DNA of 64,000 nt, taken from NCBI GenBank assembly GCA_903842345.1, contig CAIMLR010000039.1:140268-204267 (forward strand), written 5' to 3'. Positions within the stretch are counted from its first letter, which is position 1; each line of letters starts with the position of its first letter. The stretch is from an uncultured Myxococcales bacterium. Lineage in GTDB: Bacteria; Myxococcota_A; UBA9042. The position numbers and the translations under genes were made by a program. Shown here one piece after another: positions 59,291-64,000 of the stretch. The notes under the pieces are model-generated. The model was not told where the DNA came from. It saw nothing but the letters and a program-made list of their open reading frames with translations, and did no database searches.

Positions 59291-61108
59291 TTAGACCGAG
59301 AGATGCTGCAATTTACCCTTGGAAATCAGGTAGTCGTACATGAGGCGCGTGGCCACGATCGAGGTGAACATCGAGGTGCCGATGCCGATGAGCAGCGTGA
59401 CCGCGAAGCCGTAGATGGGCCCTGACGAGTACATCATCAGCACCGCGCCGGCCATGCCCGCGGTAATGTGCGAGTCAAAGATCGTCCAGAAGGCCCGCCC
59501 GTAGCCCAAGTCCAGCGCATTGCGCGTGGTCTTGCCCGAGCGCAGTTCTTCACGAACACGCTCGAAGATCAGGATGTTCGCGTCGACCGCCATCGCCGTC
59601 GTCAGCGTCAAGCCGGCCATGCCGGGCAACGTGAGCGCGGCGTTGAACGACACGAGGCAAGCGAGCTGCAACAGCAGGTTGAACAGCAGCGCGATGTCCG
59701 CGATGACGCCGCCCTGGCGGTAGTAGAACACCATGAAGACGACGACGAGGAGCACGCCGACCAACATCGAGATGAGGCCCGAGCGGACCGCGTCCTGACC
59801 GAGCGACGGACCGACTTCAATGTCGTGGACCTTGATGACGGGCGCCTTGTACGCGCCGTTGTTCAGCACGGTGACGAGCGACTTGGCCTCTTCCAGCATC
59901 GCCTGATGCGAATTGCCTTTGCCCAAGGTGATCTGCGCGCGGCCACCGTGAATCGGCTCGTTGATGTTCGGCGCGGAGTTGATGTCGTCATCGAGCATGA
60001 TGGCCATGCGGTTGCCGACGTTCTTCTCCGTGAGGTCGCCAAAGATGCGCGCGCCGCGGGCGTCAAATTCCAGATTCACGACCGGCTGGTTGCCGTGCTG
60101 CGAATCATAGCTCGCCGCCGCACGTGTCAGGTTGTCGCCCGAGAGCGGCGCCTTGGCCGTGAGGTTGTGCGTGCGCCAGTAGCTCGACTTCACCGCGCCG
60201 CTCGGGCCGCGTTCTTCGACGAGTTCGTAGCCAATCAGGATCTCATCCGGGACCGTAACCGTGCGCACAAAGCGGATGAGTTCCGACTTCTTGTCCGCCT
60301 TCAGGTACGAACCGCGGCTGTCCGGGACGATGGTCATCGCCTTGGAAATGTCCGCGTTGTCCTTCTTGAACGCGTCAACCGCAGCGGCCTTGTCGTCAAA
60401 CACCTTGGCGCTGACGACTTCCATGCGGAAGGTCAACTGCGCAGCCTGGCCGATGCGCTCACGCACCATGCGCATCTGGCGCTCGTTCAAGCCCGGCAGC
60501 TGCAGATCGATTTCCGCTTCGCCCGACGCGCGGACGTCCGGCTCCACGAGGCCAAACGCGTCGACGCGCTTGCGGATGGTCGACAGCGTCTGGTCGACGA
60601 TGTCCTTGCGCAGTTCGAACACGCGCTTGTCCGGCAGGAACAGCGTCATTTCCGTCGCGCTGACGGTGCGCAGCTGGAAGCTCGAATCGACGGTCGCGAC
60701 CATGTCCGAGGTCAGCAGCTTCGCGTCCGCGGCGTCCTTGAACTTGACGCTCAGGTCCTTGAACGCGCCCGGCTGCAGCTTGACTTCCCAGCGCGCGAGG
60801 ATGTCTTCGCGCTCCTTGTCGGTCAGCGTGTTCCAATCCTTGCCCTTGGCCTTGGCGTAAGAATCCGCCAAGCGATCGGACACGGAGTCGCGCAGGCGCA
60901 GCGCGTTGTCGCGGATGGCCTTCTTGTAGTCGACGGTGTAGCGCAGCTCCAAACCGCCTTTGAGATCCAGACCATAGCTGATCTGCTTCTCAAAGATGTT
61001 GGTGTAGAAATCCGGCAGGCCCGGGAGGAAAGTCGGGAGCAGTTGCAGGACGCTGACGATCAGCAAGGCGATCGTGAACCAGGCTTTCCAATTGCGTTTC
61101 TTGTCCAT
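59291..61108 (-). CDS. secD: Protein translocase subunit SecD
   Basis: GLDLKGG, RVDAFGLVEP, VGPSLG, LTLPGMAG, AVDANILIFER. Confidence 0.96.
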   Translation of the reverse strand: MDKKRNWKAWFTIALLIVSVLQLLPTFLPGLPDFYTNIFEKQISYGLDLKGGLELRYTVDYKKAIRDNALRLRDSVSDRLADSYAKAKGKDWNTLTDKEREDILARWEVKLQPGAFKDLSVKFKDAADAKLLTSDMVATVDSSFQLRTVSATEMTLFLPDKRVFELRKDIVDQTLSTIRKRVDAFGLVEPDVRASGEAEIDLQLPGLNERQMRMVRERIGQAAQLTFRMEVVSAKVFDDKAAAVDAFKKDNADISKAMTIVPDSRGSYLKADKKSELIRFVRTVTVPDEILIGYELVEERGPSGAVKSSYWRTHNLTAKAPLSGDNLTRAAASYDSQHGNQPVVNLEFDARGARIFGDLTEKNVGNRMAIMLDDDINSAPNINEPIHGGRAQITLGKGNSHQAMLEEAKSLVTVLNNGAYKAPVIKVHDIEVGPSLGQDAVRSGLISMLVGVLLVVVFMVFYYRQGGVIADIALLFNLLLQLACLVSFNAALTLPGMAGLTLTTAMAVDANILIFERVREELRSGKTTRNALDLGYGRAFWTIFDSHITAGMAGAVLMMYSSGPIYGFAVTLLIGIGTSMFTSIVATRLMYDYLISKGKLQHLSV

Positions 61109-61193
61109 GTGGACCGTCTCCTACGAACAAATCAGGGGCTGTCGGGGGCGCGCGCTGCGCCGTACGGCTTGCCTGCTCTCTCTGCTGGGGTAA

Positions 61194-61613
61194 TTAGCGA
61201 CCCTGGCCGCTCTCTACCACTTCTGCCGCCTGCGATTCCGCGCCAGCAATCTGGCTCTTGAACACGCGAATGACAACGCGGTCGGCGATCTCAACTTTGG
61301 CGCCATCGCCATCGATCGACACAAGCTTGCCGAAGATGCCGCTGCGCAAAACCACGCGATCGTTGGGCTTCAGGTTGGTCAGGAACGCAGTGTGTTCCTT
61401 GGCGCGCTTGGACTGCGGGCGCATGACCAGAAAGTAGAAGACCGCGAACATGACGACAATCATGCCGATGTTCAGCAGGCCGCCACTGGCCGCACCGGGA
61501 CCGGAGCTGCCGCCACCGCCACCGGACGAGGCCGCCGGAGCGCCACCTTCAGCCTGAGCGAGGAAGTTCGCGGCGTTTACCACGGTATTTTGGGCAATCA
61601 ACCAAGGGGACAT
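61194..61613 (-). CDS. yajC: Preprotein translocase subunit YajC
   Basis: FYFLVMRPQSKR, LKPNDRVV..SGIFG; upstream of secD. Confidence 0.92.
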   Translation of the reverse strand: MSPWLIAQNTVVNAANFLAQAEGGAPAASSGGGGGSSGPGAASGGLLNIGMIVVMFAVFYFLVMRPQSKRAKEHTAFLTNLKPNDRVVLRSGIFGKLVSIDGDGAKVEIADRVVIRVFKSQIAGAESQAAEVVESGQGR

Positions 61614-61734
61614 GTGCAAGGCCCTACCAACTTTGTCGCGCCGATCGCACTTTTGGCCGAAAAGGCCGGAAGACTGCGAAAGGACGCTGAAATGGCTCGC
61701 GGCGTCGGCAAACAGCCGTGCGCGAAGCCGCGGG

Positions 61735-61763
61735 GGTATAGCAGACGGGCGGGGTGGGGTCAA
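61735..61763 (-). promoter_or_regulatory. Sigma70 promoter of yajC-secD-secF-recJ
   Basis: Minus strand TTGACC (61763-61758)-17 bp-TATACC (61740-61735), with TG extension. Confidence 0.6.
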
Positions 61764-61906
61764 CGAAACCAAGGGGCAGAAGGCGGCAATCCCCGGGAAC
61801 TTCCCTGCCGCGCATCCCTGAACCGCTCGCGCGGTTCGCGGCTCCAGGCATTCGCTGCCGGGATGCTTGCCGGTCAACGAAACCAAGGGGCAGAAGGCGG
61901 CAATCC
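61758..61906. repeat. Perfect 35-bp direct repeat (61758-61792, 61872-61906) around a 79-bp structured spacer
   Basis: ggtcaacgaaaccaaggggcagaaggcggcaatcc occurs twice. Confidence 0.95.
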
Positions 61907-61920
61907 GCAGGAAGCTTCGC

Positions 61921-63039
61921 TCACCGGATCGCGGCCGACTGCCGACCGGCCGCTGGAATCTGCAAGCGGAACCGCGCGCCGCCCAAAGGACTGTCCGCGA
62001 CGGTCAGGCTGCCGCCATAGCTGGCCAGCGTCCGGCGACTGATGGCCAGGCCCAGCCCCCAGCCGCTCTGGCCGGGGCGGTCGGCGGTCGGCTGCGTCGA
62101 GAACAGCGGCTCAAAGATGCGATCGCGCAGCGCCAGCGGCACGCCAGGGCCGGCGTCGTCGACGTCCACGATCTGCCAGTTGCCGTCCCGCTGCAGGCGA
62201 ATCGCCAACTCACCCTGCCGCTTCATGGCGTCCGCCGCGTTCAGCACGAGGTTCAGCAGCACCTGTTCGACGTGACTGGCCGAGGCGTCCGCGGGATGCG
62301 TCGCATCGGTCGCGTCCACCGTCAGGCGCATCTGCTTCAGGCGGGGATGCTGCTCCGCCTGGCCTTGCAGCCGCAGGGCGACGGCCAGCAAGTCGCACGG
62401 CCGATCGGCGTCGCGCGTCCGCTGCAGCCCGGGGCGCGCGAGTTCAGTCAGGAGCCGTTCGATTTGCTGCGCCGCGCTTTCGATTTCGCCGATGCACCGC
62501 ATCCGCGCGTCCGCGGGCGCGTCGGCAGCCTCCAGCGTGCGCAGCCGCTCCAGCCATCCCGTCAGCAGCGCCAACGGCCCACCCAGCTCGTGGGAGACGC
62601 CCATCGCCACGCGCCCCACGAGCGCCAGGCGATCCGCCTCGTGGAGCTGCGCGCGCGCGCCCGCCGCTTCACCGCGCAGCGCTTCCACTGCGTCCAGCTG
62701 CCCCGCCAGCAGCACGCGATCCCGGGCATTTTGCCGCCGGTACCAGTCCAGCGCCGCGGCGATCCGCGCCAGCGCGTCGGGCGCATCCGGCAGCGGCAGG
62801 TCTTCCATGTGCCGGGCGATGCGCTCCACCGGGCCGATCAGCCACAGCCGCATCGCCGCGAGGCCAAGGCCAAACGTCACCGCCAGGACCGCCGCGATGC
62901 CCAGCCATAAGGTCGTTTCCGTCGCCCACGCGTTCGGTCCGGCATCGTTGGGGGACATCAGCGCGGTCGCCATCGCGCCCACCACGAGTCCGGGCACCAG
63001 AACCGCCGCCAACAACAGCCAACGCGCGCGGTTTTGCAT
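61921..63039 (-). CDS. Sensor histidine kinase (NtrB/PilS-like)
   Basis: Two TM helices, H-box SHELGGPL, N-box QVLLNLVLNA, DDAGPG, IFEPLFST, GLGL. Confidence 0.92.
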   Translation of the reverse strand: MQNRARWLLLAAVLVPGLVVGAMATALMSPNDAGPNAWATETTLWLGIAAVLAVTFGLGLAAMRLWLIGPVERIARHMEDLPLPDAPDALARIAAALDWYRRQNARDRVLLAGQLDAVEALRGEAAGARAQLHEADRLALVGRVAMGVSHELGGPLALLTGWLERLRTLEAADAPADARMRCIGEIESAAQQIERLLTELARPGLQRTRDADRPCDLLAVALRLQGQAEQHPRLKQMRLTVDATDATHPADASASHVEQVLLNLVLNAADAMKRQGELAIRLQRDGNWQIVDVDDAGPGVPLALRDRIFEPLFSTQPTADRPGQSGWGLGLAISRRTLASYGGSLTVADSPLGGARFRLQIPAAGRQSAAIR

Positions 63040-63042
63040 CGG

Positions 63043-63894
63043 CTATAGCCAGTTCGCCAGGGCTTTGCCGGCGATGCGAGACAGCAACAGCCATTGCACC
63101 GCGGCCAGCGCGAGGAACGGCCCAAAGGGCATCGCGAGGTGGCGGATCGAGGCAATGCCGCGGTCCGTCGCCAACTTGCCGCGGCCCACGAGCGACCAGG
63201 CACCGACAAACAGCAGCCCTTGGACCGACGCGGCCAACAGGACGCCGGGCAGCGCTTGCACACCGAGGAACGCGCCGATGCCAGCCAGCAGCTTGACGTC
63301 GCCCGTGCCCAGACCTTCACGATGCGTCAGCACCGCGTACAGCCACTGGACCGCGAGCAGCCCGCCGCCGCCCACCAGCGCGCCCGCCGCCGCCTGCTGC
63401 CACGAGACGTCGCGCACACCGCCCACGGCAAACGCCAGGCCAACGCCCAGCAGCGGCAATGGCAGGCTCAGGGAATCGGGCACGAGGAAGGTATCGGCGT
63501 CAATGAGTGCGATCGCCAGCAGGGCGAACACGAAATACTGCTCGCACAGCACGCCGGTCGCGACTTGCCACGGCAGCACATCGCCGGACAGCAGCCCCGG
63601 CAGCCACGGCCATGCGACCGCGAGCGCGAGGATCGCCATCGCCGATTCAACGAGCGGATAGCGCACGGAGATCCAGGTCTTGCAGTAGAAGCAGCGGCCG
63701 CCCAGCAGCGCCCAGGAGAGCACCGGAATGTTCTGCCACCAGGTGATCGGCTTCTCGCATTTGGGACAGCGCGAGCGCGGATGCACAACGGACAGGCCGG
63801 CCGGCACGCGATAGACAACGACGTTGAGGAACGAGCCCCAAAGCGCGCCCCACAACAGGACAAAGGCGGCGAGAATGGTGAGGGGCAGCTGCAC
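63043..63894 (-). CDS. pilD: Prepilin peptidase / N-methyltransferase
   Basis: GSFLNVVVYRVP, SRCPKC, NIPVLSW..LGGRC..C, ID, GLGTGDVKL, PFGPFL. Confidence 0.95.
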   Translation of the reverse strand: MQLPLTILAAFVLLWGALWGSFLNVVVYRVPAGLSVVHPRSRCPKCEKPITWWQNIPVLSWALLGGRCFYCKTWISVRYPLVESAMAILALAVAWPWLPGLLSGDVLPWQVATGVLCEQYFVFALLAIALIDADTFLVPDSLSLPLPLLGVGLAFAVGGVRDVSWQQAAAGALVGGGGLLAVQWLYAVLTHREGLGTGDVKLLAGIGAFLGVQALPGVLLAASVQGLLFVGAWSLVGRGKLATDRGIASIRHLAMPFGPFLALAAVQWLLLSRIAGKALANWL

Positions 63895-64000
63895 GCGCGA
63901 AGCATAGCGCTTCTGAACCGTTCCCGCACCTTCGCGCGTCTGTGGTAGCGTATGCTGGCGGACGCGCGGCGTCTGGGAGTTGGGATGCGTCTGAACCTAG

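Noticed and set aside
61758..61906. Possible mini-CRISPR array
   Set aside because: Only two repeats, a 79-bp spacer, a non-palindromic repeat and no cas genes.
63952..64000. Possible start of a plus-strand gene at the window end
   Set aside because: Too short to assess.

Overview
High-GC bacterial chromosomal window. The gene content (imuABC, Cys-rich giant lipoprotein, myxobacterial-type Lgt, BMC vertex pair, PilD) suggests Myxococcota or Deltaproteobacteria; this is an inference. From left to right it holds: the imuA-imuB-dnaE2 mutagenesis cassette; tRNA-Pro(TGG) with a duplicated 5' half flanking a REP-like hairpin; a ~4,580-aa Cys/Asp-rich repeat lipoprotein with domains nested inside its repeats; lipB-cdsA-uppS-lgt-lspA; an expanded His-Xaa-Ser (Hxs)-type cluster with four radical SAM genes and two HxsD-like genes but no recognisable stand-alone HxsA precursor; nucleoside catabolism genes beside a satellite microcompartment locus (two EutN/CcmL plus a class II aldolase); a MoxR-DUF58-SOD-BatA/VWA operon; and housekeeping genes (pfkA, lpdA, dacB, L,D-transpeptidase, recJ, secF, secD, yajC, histidine kinase, pilD). 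The best candidates for undescribed biology are the Hxs/radical-SAM cluster (possible precursor motifs fused to its own proteins) and the giant modular lipoprotein. All calls come from reading motifs by eye; no database search was run.
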